From positions 736,001-800,000 of the forward strand of contig CAXXVL010000001.1 in the NCBI GenBank assembly GCA_963667845.2: a stretch of 64,000 nucleotides of DNA, read 5' to 3'. The notes below the pieces were generated by a model that was given only the letters and a program-made list of their open reading frames with translations, was not told the origin of the DNA and did no database searches. Position 1 is the first letter of the stretch; each line of letters begins with the position of its first letter. This document shows, one piece after another, positions 48,634 through 57,620 of the stretch. This stretch comes from Smithellaceae bacterium. Its GTDB lineage: Bacteria; Desulfobacterota; Syntrophia; Syntrophales; Smithellaceae. Position numbers and translations under genes: made by a program.

Positions 48634-49425
48634 ATGTCTCACGAAGGTAAACAATCAAATCTGAAAACACTGTGCAGCGTTACCATACCGGCAAAGTATA
48701 AAGGCCCGCCGGGCATCGCCAACGGCGGATATGTTTGCAGCCTCTTCGCCGAATATATCAAGGGCACGACCGACGTCATGATCAAACTCCCCACACCCCT
48801 TGACCGGGAACTGCAAATCCGCGAAAATGGCGACGGAAGTTTTTATCTGATGGATGGCGATCAGGTGATCATCCAGGCTAAGCCTGGTGTTATCGATCTT
48901 GCCGTACCCGATGCTCCGAGTTATGAAGAAGCCGTCAGGGCCGCCCAGGCGTCTATTGCTCTGAAACCGACGCCTTATCGCCACGTGACGGGGCACGGAA
49001 TTCATCCCATCTGCTTTTGCTGCGGCGCCGATGTGCCTTCCGGGGAAGGTCTTAAGATACACCCCGGCCTTGTTGCCGGCAGGAACATGGTTGCCGCTCC
49101 CTGGACGCCGGCAGCGGAGTATGGCGACGCACAAGGTTATGTCCGGCCCGAATTCATCTGGACGGCCCTCGACTGCCCGGGGGCCTACGCCCTCTGGGAA
49201 CTGACCGATAAGAAACCCGGTTTCTTAGGAAGGCTGGTCAGCCGGATAGAGAGGCCTCTGTGCTCGGGCGAGCCGTGTGTGGTTGCCGCTTGGCCCGTTG
49301 GGAACGATGGCAGGAAATTATACGCCGGAGCCGCCCTGTTTAACTCTAAAGGACAAATCATCGGCCGCACCCTGGCGACGTGGTTTCCCATGCCCGAGGA
49401 ATTAAGCCGCTTCCTGGAGAACTGA
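48634..49425 (+). CDS. Putative double hot-dog fold protein (thioesterase/dehydratase-like)
   Basis: GPPGIANGGY, CFCCG, WTALDCPG, GRKLYAGAALF. Confidence 0.6.
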   Translation: MSHEGKQSNLKTLCSVTIPAKYKGPPGIANGGYVCSLFAEYIKGTTDVMIKLPTPLDRELQIRENGDGSFYLMDGDQVIIQAKPGVIDLAVPDAPSYEEAVRAAQASIALKPTPYRHVTGHGIHPICFCCGADVPSGEGLKIHPGLVAGRNMVAAPWTPAAEYGDAQGYVRPEFIWTALDCPGAYALWELTDKKPGFLGRLVSRIERPLCSGEPCVVAAWPVGNDGRKLYAGAALFNSKGQIIGRTLATWFPMPEELSRFLEN

Positions 49426-49509
49426 CGGATGACGGGGCCCTCCTGCATCCAGCCTCCGTCGACGTTTACAATCGCGCGTTCAAGCAGGGCGTTGGGGGGA
49501 ACATAGCAC

Positions 49510-50031
49510 TTAATTATTTTCTTTGCGCTGAAGGTCCAGAAGATCCGGCCAGGGCAGTGTCGGAAATACATTCGTGAGCGGATGGTCGTCATTCACGAAG
49601 TGATGTTCCAGGCGAGCGAAGGTCTTCTCGGCAATTTTTTTGACGACATCAGGATCGACCACATCGTCTTTTGTCCCGTGATAGAGGACCACCGGGATTT
49701 GCAGCTCCCGCTTTACGGTATTTTCAAATCCTTCTATATTCAGCGCAGGAGCAAGCAGAATCAGTTTTCGGACCTGCGGTTCATGATCCAGGGCGAAGCG
49801 CGCCGCCATCAGTCCGCCGTAGCTTGACCCCACGAGAATCAAATTATTTTTGCCGCAAAGAAGGGTGTTCAGTTTAAGCATCCTGGTTTCAAAATTCCCT
49901 GTATAGTCTTCGATGATCATTTGCGGGAATAATTTACGAAAATATTGTCCTTTTGTCCCCTGGGAAGTGCTCTCCAGGCCGTGAATGAAAACAAGCGTAT
50001 ATTTCACTGATTGAACCTCCGGGCATTTCAT
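49510..50031 (-). CDS. Small alpha/beta hydrolase (YqiA-like esterase)
   Basis: FIHGLES, GSSYGG, HGTKDDVV, DDH; start uncertain. Confidence 0.82.
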   Translation of the reverse strand: MKCPEVQSVKYTLVFIHGLESTSQGTKGQYFRKLFPQMIIEDYTGNFETRMLKLNTLLCGKNNLILVGSSYGGLMAARFALDHEPQVRKLILLAPALNIEGFENTVKRELQIPVVLYHGTKDDVVDPDVVKKIAEKTFARLEHHFVNDDHPLTNVFPTLPWPDLLDLQRKENN

Positions 50032-50115
50032 TGGAATCTTCAATTTGATATTGCCCGGATTATGCCATTGTGTTACACCTTCCGCAACGTTATTTTCAAT
50101 TGAGGAGATTAGATT

Positions 50116-51345
50116 ATGGCTTTGGTATTACCTTTTAGGGCGGTTCGTCCGCAGGCGAATTATGCAGCCGATGTTGCAGCGCTGCCGTACGATGTGATGA
50201 CGCGGGAAGAAGGACAAAAGGCAGTGGCCGGCAAGGCGCTGAGCTTCATGCATGTGGAAAAGTCGGAAATCGATGTGCCGGACGGCACGCGCCCCGATGA
50301 TCCCGTCATTTACGAGACGGCCAAACGCAATCTCGCTAAATTGAGACAGGACGGCATCCTCATGCAGGATGAATCGTCGTGCTACTATGTGTATCGGCAG
50401 CAGATGGGCAAGCAGGTGCAGACCGGAATTGTGGCCGTTATGAGCGCCGCTGAATATGATGAAGGCAAGATCAAGAAGCATGAGCTCACGCGCCAGGATA
50501 AGGAAGATGACCGCATCCGGCACGTGGATACGGTCAATGCACAAACGGGGCCTGTTTTCATCAGTTATCTCTCGCGCCCGGGCATCAACGCGATCGTGGA
50601 AAAGATTGTTGCGGGTAAGCCGGAATATAACTTCACCGCCGAAGACGGTGTGATTCATACCGCCTGGGTGATCAAGGATGCCGCCGAGATCGAATCGCTG
50701 AAGAATGAGTTTGCCAAGGTCGACGCCCTGTATATCGCCGATGGTCATCACCGCGCTGCCGCAGGGGCCACTGTTGCGCGCCGCCGCCGGAAACCGGGTC
50801 AGGTGCAGGAATCGGATCATGTGCTGGCCGTATTTTTTCCGCACAATCAGTTGAAAGTCATGGATTACAACCGCGCCGTGAAGGATCTGCGGGGCCTCAC
50901 CGCCGATCAATTTCTGCAGAAGATCAGTGCGAAATTCACTGTGACGGAAAACTTTGCAGCCAGGTCCCCGCAGCGCCTGCATGATTTCGGCATGTATCTC
51001 GGAGGCCGCTGGTATTGCATCACCATCAAAGAAGGCGCCTACGACGCCAACGATCCGGTCGCAAGTCTCGATGCGGCCATTCTGCAGGATCATCTGCTGG
51101 CGCCCGTTCTGGGCATTGCCGATCCGCGCACGGACGACCGGATAAAATTTATCGGCGGTATCCGCGGAATGGCGGAGCTTGAGAAACTGGTGAACAAAGA
51201 CGGTTATGCCGTGGCGTTTTCCCTTTATGCCACGACGATGGAACAGATCATGAAAGTGGCTGACGCCGGCGCGATCATGCCGCCCAAGTCCACCTGGTTT
51301 GAGCCCAAGCTGCGCAGCGGTTTGTTTGTACATACCCTGGAATAG
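50116..51345 (+). CDS. DUF1015 family protein
   Basis: ALPYDV, IKKHELT, YIADGHHRAA, MPPKSTWFEPKLRSGL. Confidence 0.9.
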   Translation: MALVLPFRAVRPQANYAADVAALPYDVMTREEGQKAVAGKALSFMHVEKSEIDVPDGTRPDDPVIYETAKRNLAKLRQDGILMQDESSCYYVYRQQMGKQVQTGIVAVMSAAEYDEGKIKKHELTRQDKEDDRIRHVDTVNAQTGPVFISYLSRPGINAIVEKIVAGKPEYNFTAEDGVIHTAWVIKDAAEIESLKNEFAKVDALYIADGHHRAAAGATVARRRRKPGQVQESDHVLAVFFPHNQLKVMDYNRAVKDLRGLTADQFLQKISAKFTVTENFAARSPQRLHDFGMYLGGRWYCITIKEGAYDANDPVASLDAAILQDHLLAPVLGIADPRTDDRIKFIGGIRGMAELEKLVNKDGYAVAFSLYATTMEQIMKVADAGAIMPPKSTWFEPKLRSGLFVHTLE

Positions 51346-51390
51346 TGGATGGTGGATAGTGGATGGTGAATAGTAAATATAAATAGTAAA
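51343..51390 (+). repeat. Degenerate heptamer tandem repeat
   Basis: TAGTGGA TGGTGGA TAGTGGA TGGTGAA TAGTAAA TATAAA TAGTAAA. Confidence 0.75.
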
Positions 51391-51439
51391 CGGGTGCAAT
51401 TAGGTATTTCGTGCCCGTAAAAGGAGGATACGAGGAAAT

Positions 51440-52126
51440 ATGATGAAAAAGAATCCATTGCCTTGTCTGATATTCATTGGCCTCATGATCGTGTTTTGTG
51501 TTTCCGGATGTGCCACCACGGGGATTTATTCCATCGATATGGGTTATAATGCAAAAAATGCGATGATCCCTCCCTATTTGAAACCGGATCAAAAGGCTTT
51601 GCAGACGATCATCGGCGTTGCCGAGTTTGCCGATACGCGTAAAATAGACGATCCTCTCGTTATCGGACGCGTTATCGAAAGAAACGGCATGAAGGTGCTG
51701 GTGCTGCCGAAGCACAACCGGCCGACGCAGGCCGTTGCTGAAGGCATCAGGCAATATTTAAGGAAAGCCGGCTATAACGTATCCGGCGTCGGCGAACTCT
51801 GGAATCTGCGGGAAGGCACCATTCCCCAGGCGGCGAACAGCAAACTGCTGATCGGCGGCGCCATCGAAGACATGGACGTCGACTGCCGACGGGCATTTCC
51901 CACCAATACCTACACGACGAAATTAAGGATGACCGTTTACATCGCGGACACGGTTCAGAAAAAAATATTATACCATGCCACCGTGGAAGCCACGACGTCA
52001 CTCGAGCATGTGTCTTTTGCGGAAGAGCGGATGGGGGATCAGGCAAGTATAGCACTGGGCGATGCCATTGAAAGGATCTTTGAAAAGCGGGAGATAGCTC
52101 AAGCCTTTCGCGAAGCTCTGAAGTAG
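51440..52126 (+). CDS. Putative lipoprotein
   Basis: Signal peptide ending VSGC; AGGAGG upstream. Confidence 0.7.
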   Translation: MMKKNPLPCLIFIGLMIVFCVSGCATTGIYSIDMGYNAKNAMIPPYLKPDQKALQTIIGVAEFADTRKIDDPLVIGRVIERNGMKVLVLPKHNRPTQAVAEGIRQYLRKAGYNVSGVGELWNLREGTIPQAANSKLLIGGAIEDMDVDCRRAFPTNTYTTKLRMTVYIADTVQKKILYHATVEATTSLEHVSFAEERMGDQASIALGDAIERIFEKREIAQAFREALK

Positions 52127-52168
52127 CAATCGTTCGAACCGGGGGAGCTTAGGTATACGGAGGTACCC

Positions 52169-53515
52169 ATGAGTACAGACGGCAAAACAGGATTCAATAA
52201 AGTTCTATCCGTGTTCATGGACTATTTCGGCATCGGCCGCACGGCATCCATCGTCGCGATGATTCTCGTGGCGGCGGTCATCCTTTTTGCCTGCTTCTGG
52301 TTTTTCCATTCTGCGCCTCCTAAAACGGTCGTCATGACCAGCGGAGAAAAAGGCAGCGCCTATTACAGCGTCGCCGAGAAATACGCGAAAATCCTGGCCC
52401 GCGACGGCGTGAAGCTGGTCATTCTGTCTTCGGCGGGTTCTGTTGAAAACCTCCAACGTCTGACGGATCCATCGGTCAGAGTGGACGTCGGATTTGTGCA
52501 GGCGGGTCTCGCCAAAGGGCAGAATATTGAGCACCTGGTTTCACTGGGGAGCGTTTCCTATCAGCCGCTCCTGGTTTTTCACCGCCTGCCGCATCCGGTA
52601 GAGATCTTATCGCAACTGGCAGGTAGGAGCATCGCTGTCGGACGCGAAGGCAGCGGAACGCGGAAGCTGGCCCTGGCGCTGCTTTCCGTAAACGGAATCG
52701 AGCCCGGCGGCCAAACGACATTCCTGGATGATGAAGGCGAGAAAGCGGCGGCAGACCTGCTCGGTGGAAAAGCGGATGCCATTTTTCTGATGGCGGATTC
52801 CGCTTCGTCGCAAACCATGCGCTCGCTCCTCCGAACGCCGGGAATCGCGCTGGTCAATTTCTCTCAGGCCGACGCCTATGTCCGTCGTATCGGTTACCTC
52901 AATAAATTGACAATGCCGAAAGGCGCCATGGAGTTCGGGAAGAATATTCCGGCCCAGGATGTGACGCTCGTCTCGCCCACGGTCGAACTGATTGCCAGAG
53001 ATAATCTGCATCCGGCCCTGTCCGACCTGTTGCTTGAGGCCGCAGTCGAAATCCACGGCCGCGCCGCACTCTTTCAAAATCGCGGAGATTTCCCGGTTTC
53101 TCTGGAGAACGAATACAAAATCAGCGCCGACGCCAAACGCTTTTACAAATCGGGCAAAGGCTTTTTCTACCGCTACCTGCCTTTCTGGCTTGCCAGTCTC
53201 GTAAACCGAATACTGGTCGTATTTGTTCCGCTCATCATTATTCTGATTCCCGGAATGAAAAGCATTCCGGCTATCCTGCGCTGGCGTATGCAGCTGCGCA
53301 TCAACCGGTGGTACCGGTTGTTGCTGATTGTGGAGCAGGAGTCGATGAAATCCGGAAAGTCCGGAAACGTGAATGCACTGGTGGGGCGGATTAATGAAAT
53401 CGAAGCCGACGTCAACAGAATGAAAGTGCCCGCCTCCTATGGCGAACAATTCTACGGATTGCGCATGCATATTAATTTTGTGCGCACCAGGATAGCAGAG
53501 TCGGCGCAGAGTTAA
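52169..53515 (+). CDS. TAXI-family solute-binding protein flanked by TM segments
   Basis: SGEKGSAY, SAGSVENL, GFVQAG, IAVGREGSGT, LHPAL; C-terminal YLPFWLA plus TM and helical tail. Confidence 0.8.
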   Translation: MSTDGKTGFNKVLSVFMDYFGIGRTASIVAMILVAAVILFACFWFFHSAPPKTVVMTSGEKGSAYYSVAEKYAKILARDGVKLVILSSAGSVENLQRLTDPSVRVDVGFVQAGLAKGQNIEHLVSLGSVSYQPLLVFHRLPHPVEILSQLAGRSIAVGREGSGTRKLALALLSVNGIEPGGQTTFLDDEGEKAAADLLGGKADAIFLMADSASSQTMRSLLRTPGIALVNFSQADAYVRRIGYLNKLTMPKGAMEFGKNIPAQDVTLVSPTVELIARDNLHPALSDLLLEAAVEIHGRAALFQNRGDFPVSLENEYKISADAKRFYKSGKGFFYRYLPFWLASLVNRILVVFVPLIIILIPGMKSIPAILRWRMQLRINRWYRLLLIVEQESMKSGKSGNVNALVGRINEIEADVNRMKVPASYGEQFYGLRMHINFVRTRIAESAQS

Positions 53516-53611
53516 TCCCGCTTAAGTGGGACGAGCGTTAATTCCCTGTCGCTTGCTGCGAAATAATGACGTTCATTTCATACCTCGACAGCTTGCTGCG
53601 AGGAGGTTGAT
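53514..53611 (+). repeat. ~97-bp intergenic hairpin repeat, copy 1
   Basis: Near-identical to 55994-56090. Confidence 0.85.
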
Positions 53612-53666
53612 TCCTTGACCGGGAAGGATCAACGCCTGACCGCAGCGGAAAACAGGCCGGGCCGTT

Positions 53667-53963
53667 ATGAACAAATTTGTCAAGAAAGCCAAGCGTGAGG
53701 CGGCCTATTACCGGGCGTTGATTGCTCATCCGGGCACGCCGCGGGCGGCCCGCTGGCTTATCGGCTGTGCGCTGGTATATTTGCTTTCACCGGTTGATCT
53801 GATTCCCGACTGGATTCCGGTTCTGGGAGTTCTGGATGATCTGGTGATTGTTCCCGGATTAATCATTGCCGCGCTGACGATGATTCCGCCGTCCGTTAAA
53901 AAGGTCTGCCGGGAGAAATCGGCGGACCGCACGCAAGGCGGCGACGGCCCGCGCGGATCATAA
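53667..53963 (+). CDS. DUF1232 (YkvA) family membrane protein
   Basis: YLLSPVDLIPDWIPVLGVLDDL. Confidence 0.9.
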   Translation: MNKFVKKAKREAAYYRALIAHPGTPRAARWLIGCALVYLLSPVDLIPDWIPVLGVLDDLVIVPGLIIAALTMIPPSVKKVCREKSADRTQGGDGPRGS

Positions 53964-53994
53964 CTCTGGAATAAAAAACATGGAGGTAAAATAT

Positions 53995-54966
53995 ATGAAA
54001 ATACTCAATACGGCGCCGATGTCCAATGTGTTGAAAGGCCTGATCGAAAGCAAGGCGGCGGGACTGTCGTTTTCCGTGGCAGAAGCCCATCGACTGCCGG
54101 AAGACCGGCTGGTGGCCCAAATCGCAGATGCGGACATTGTTCTGGGCGATTATACGGGCGCAACGCCCATCACCCGCCGGATCATCCAGGCGGCAAAAAA
54201 GCTCAAACTCATTCAGCAGCCGAGTGTCGGTTATAATCACATAGATGTTGCCGCCTGCACGGAGTTCGGCATTCCCGTGGCCAATACACCCGGCGCAAAC
54301 GATATCGGCGTCGCCGAGCACACCATCATGCTCGCACTGGCCTGCCTGAAATACCTGCCTTTTTACAATGAGCAGACGCATGCCGGCGAATGGCTTTTTA
54401 TCCATGCCCAGCGTACGGGCGTTTTTGAGCTCAACGGCAAAACGTACGGGCTGCTCGGTATGGGCCGCACCGCCCGGGCGGTGGCCGAGCGTCTCGTCCC
54501 GTTCGGCGTCAAACTGCTGTACTATGATGTTGTCCGGTTGAGTTCCGAGGAGGAAAAGCGGTATCAGGCGACATTCGCGCCGCTTGCCGAAATCCTGAAG
54601 ACGGCGGATGTCGTGAGCATTCATCTGCCGCTTTCCGAGGCCACCACAAGAATCATTGATGCCGACAAGCTGTCGCTCATGAAATCAAACGCCGTGCTCA
54701 TCAACGTGGGACGCGGCGCGCTGGTCGATGAAGCGGCGCTGGCCGATGTTCTCCGTTCGAAAAAAATTGCCATGGCTGCCGTGGATGTTTTTACCGAAGA
54801 GCCTCCGCCCAAAGATCATCCGCTCTTCGGTCTGGAAAACGCCATTTTAACACCGCATCTGGCGGGTTCGACACGCGAGTCCGGCGGACGTATTCTCAAC
54901 ATGGCGGTGGATAATCTGATCCGCATCCTGAAAGGCGAAAAGCCGTCATGGGTGTTGAACATATAA
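53995..54966 (+). CDS. D-isomer-specific 2-hydroxyacid dehydrogenase
   Basis: VGYNHID, NTPGAN, VAEH, GMGRTA, NVGRG, DVF..EP, TPHLAG; ATG 53995 behind GGAGG. Confidence 0.92.
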   Translation: MKILNTAPMSNVLKGLIESKAAGLSFSVAEAHRLPEDRLVAQIADADIVLGDYTGATPITRRIIQAAKKLKLIQQPSVGYNHIDVAACTEFGIPVANTPGANDIGVAEHTIMLALACLKYLPFYNEQTHAGEWLFIHAQRTGVFELNGKTYGLLGMGRTARAVAERLVPFGVKLLYYDVVRLSSEEEKRYQATFAPLAEILKTADVVSIHLPLSEATTRIIDADKLSLMKSNAVLINVGRGALVDEAALADVLRSKKIAMAAVDVFTEEPPPKDHPLFGLENAILTPHLAGSTRESGGRILNMAVDNLIRILKGEKPSWVLNI

Positions 54967-55005
54967 CTAAGCGGGATCCGGGTCCCCCGACAGCGGGGAT
55001 TCGAA

Positions 55006-55968
55006 TCAGCGTGCCGGATCGTACTTAAAGACTCGGGCGAGCGCGTCACCGTATCCTTTTATCGCCTTCATGCCACGGTCCGTTCCGGCAAAGGTCTCAA
55101 CGGGTTTGTCCGTTTGGATCATCTGCGTTTTGGTCGTCACCGCATCGAGTCTCTTGAAGTCGGGCAGAGACTCCCGGACGGCGGATGCATACTCTCGGAG
55201 CAAAGCGGCATACTGAGGCGAATACGTTTCACAGTGCGTCATCTGCGCCTTTCTTTTCCGTTCATCGAGGCGTTTCACTTGTACGGCCTGCGCATCGGAG
55301 ATGATGTCGGAGAATTTAGCCAATTCCCGTTCCAGGGGAGCGATATTTTTTTCCCTGGCGGCCGCGGCCCGCAAATCCAGCGCACTGATCTTGTTCGTGA
55401 TCGCGGCAATGGCCGCCTCTCGGCTCTCCACCTGGGCCAGTGTCGCCTTAAGTTCCGGCTGCCCCTCTGAGACGGCCTGGCCCTGCTGGTTCAATCGCTG
55501 GACATTCGGATCATTCTGCATTTTAGCGGACGCATTGCCGCTGGTTTGTAACGCCCAGGCGGTCTTTTCCTCCTGGCTCATCGTCTTTAGTTTCTTTCTG
55601 TCATCCGGTGAAACGCCATACTGACGCATCATTTCCTCGGCCCGGGCTTTTTTCTCTTCCTTCGTCAGCTTTCCGCTTTTTCGGGGTTTATCCGTCTGGG
55701 CCGATTGCGGCGTCATGCTGTCTTCAATCTTGTTCCTGTTGGCTTCAACATAATCCTTTGACGCCTTCTTGCGCTCGCGGAGATCTTTTTGCATAGCGCT
55801 CTCGACGCTATGGACCGCGGCGCGGAACGATGCCTTTTCCTGATCAGGAACGCGGCAGCAGATTTTCGGAGCCGGGGGCAGCTGAGTCAGATAAGCATCG
55901 AGCGATGTCTGGGCGCAGGCCATGGAGCTGGCAAAGAAGAAAGTCATTAAGAAAAAAAGTTTTTTCAT
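55006..55968 (-). CDS. Hypothetical secreted helical protein
   Basis: MKKLFFLMTFFFASSMACA signal peptide; GGGAG RBS. Confidence 0.65.
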   Translation of the reverse strand: MKKLFFLMTFFFASSMACAQTSLDAYLTQLPPAPKICCRVPDQEKASFRAAVHSVESAMQKDLRERKKASKDYVEANRNKIEDSMTPQSAQTDKPRKSGKLTKEEKKARAEEMMRQYGVSPDDRKKLKTMSQEEKTAWALQTSGNASAKMQNDPNVQRLNQQGQAVSEGQPELKATLAQVESREAAIAAITNKISALDLRAAAAREKNIAPLERELAKFSDIISDAQAVQVKRLDERKRKAQMTHCETYSPQYAALLREYASAVRESLPDFKRLDAVTTKTQMIQTDKPVETFAGTDRGMKAIKGYGDALARVFKYDPAR

Positions 55969-55993
55969 GGTCGTCTCCCCGTCGGATGATTTC

Positions 55994-56090
55994 AATCCCG
56001 CTTTGCAGGACGAGCGTTAATTCCCTGTCGCTTGCTGCGAAATAACGACGTTCATTTCACACCTCGACAGCCTGCTGCGAGGTGGCTGAT
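55994..56090 (+). repeat. ~97-bp intergenic hairpin repeat, copy 2
   Basis: Near-identical to 53514-53611. Confidence 0.85.
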
Positions 56091-56193
56091 GATGCTTTAT
56101 GCATCGAAGCGATGACGCTTATATCCATGCCGGATTTCGCAGTCAAGGTGTTTATGACCCAGGGATCGGCTGCAAAGATCGTTTCGGCCGAAA

Positions 56194-56772
56194 TTACGCA
56201 AGGGCCTTTTCGAGCTGTGCCGCAAGCTGCTTAAGCTCGCTTAGATTCAGCTCCAGAGATGCCTTGCCGCCGCCGGGATGCGCGATGGTCAGGGTCGCTC
56301 CCGTTTCCGTTTTTTCAACCTCCCACAGGGTTCCCTCCGGAAACTTGACGCGATCGGCGAGCCAATCGTCGGCCCGGAATTCGGCGATTTGAATCAGCAC
56401 GCCTACGGCATGGCGCGGATGAATGAATATTTCTTTCCAAACGCCTCCCGGATATTCATTGTAGCCGAAAAAGGGAATGCGCCGGGCTTCGAGATGCGCC
56501 ATGGCTTTCCGGATGTCGGGAGTCTGCAGGGTAATATGATGGACGCCGGCCTCTCTATCAGCGAGAAAACCGTCGAGAAAACTTCCCTTGCCCGTAGGCG
56601 AGATGATCTCCAGACGGGACAAGTCACCCAGGGAAAAGAGCCGCCAGAAAAATTTAGTAGCCGGGTCCTCGGCGCCGGTTCCTGCGACAGCCCCGAGAAT
56701 GTCGCGAAAAAAATGCTCGGCTTTTTCCTGATCTTTTACTGCGATGGAGACATGGTCTATTCGTGCAATCAT
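56194..56772 (-). CDS. VOC family protein, methylmalonyl-CoA epimerase-like, with C-terminal extension
   Basis: RIDHVSIAVKD, RLEII.P, GVHHITL, FIHPR...GVLIQ. Confidence 0.8.
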   Translation of the reverse strand: MIARIDHVSIAVKDQEKAEHFFRDILGAVAGTGAEDPATKFFWRLFSLGDLSRLEIISPTGKGSFLDGFLADREAGVHHITLQTPDIRKAMAHLEARRIPFFGYNEYPGGVWKEIFIHPRHAVGVLIQIAEFRADDWLADRVKFPEGTLWEVEKTETGATLTIAHPGGGKASLELNLSELKQLAAQLEKALA

Positions 56773-57554
56773 CCGGGATTCTCCTTTTCGTTATTCAACG
56801 TGAGCTTTATCTTACGGGCGCCCCTTTCCTTCCGGAGAACGGACGGGTCGCCGATCCTCCTCCCAGGATAGAAATCTTCTTTCCTCGGCATTTTGCGCCC
56901 CCTGTTTAACATAAATCAGGAGAGGCGGGTATGACAAAAATCTATTGCATAGTGTTAATCCACAGCTTTACGGAGGAATCATGCGCATCATTGTTGTTTC
57001 CGTTTCATTGACCGTCTCGGGCCGGATTTGGCTGATAGGCAATTAGACAATAGATGACCGGGCGGTCAGAGGAGTTTGATTGCAAAAACCTACGAGCTCA
57101 TTTCGCCCTTGGATACAGGCAGTTGAATTCTTATTCCACAACATTGTTTAAAACCCTGTTGACAACTATGTGGATAAATCCGCCAAACGCGCCATTATCG
57201 GGCTTTTGCATCTCATTGCCCAAGGATTAAGCAATAATTTAATTAATAAAATTGAATACTTACGATATAGCGAGTGATCATGGCTACTTAGCGGCGATTG
57301 AGCCCAGAGATATAAACTCTATTGAAAAAAATATGCCAGAGGAAAACGCAGGCACAAGAAATTTAGCCATTAAAGAGAGACAAAAAAATAGTTAAAATAA
57401 ATTAAGGAGTAACCGGGAAAAAAATATCTCGCGAGTCCAGGTCGCCTTCCTTTTACGGCCGATTGTTTACGCGGTTTCTGCCGATTTGCATAACCGAACC
57501 GATGCAAAAGGCGGTCGAGATTGCTTAAGTTCTTCTCATCCGATGAGTCAACAT

Positions 57555-57590
57555 AAAAAAAGCTCCTGATCGCCACCGATCAGGAGCTTT
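57555..57590 (-). terminator. Intrinsic terminator of porin paralogue 2
   Basis: AAAGCTCCTGATCG-ccac-CGATCAGGAGCTTT with a T7 tail on the minus strand. Confidence 0.85.
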
Positions 57591-57620
57591 GGATTTCCTT
57601 GTTGAATTAGCGGGTTGTCT

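Noticed and set aside
53514..56090. Repeats as a CRISPR array or integron attC sites
   Set aside because: Copies are kilobases apart with no spacer periodicity, no cas or integrase gene, and no proper RYYYAAC...GTTRRRY pairing
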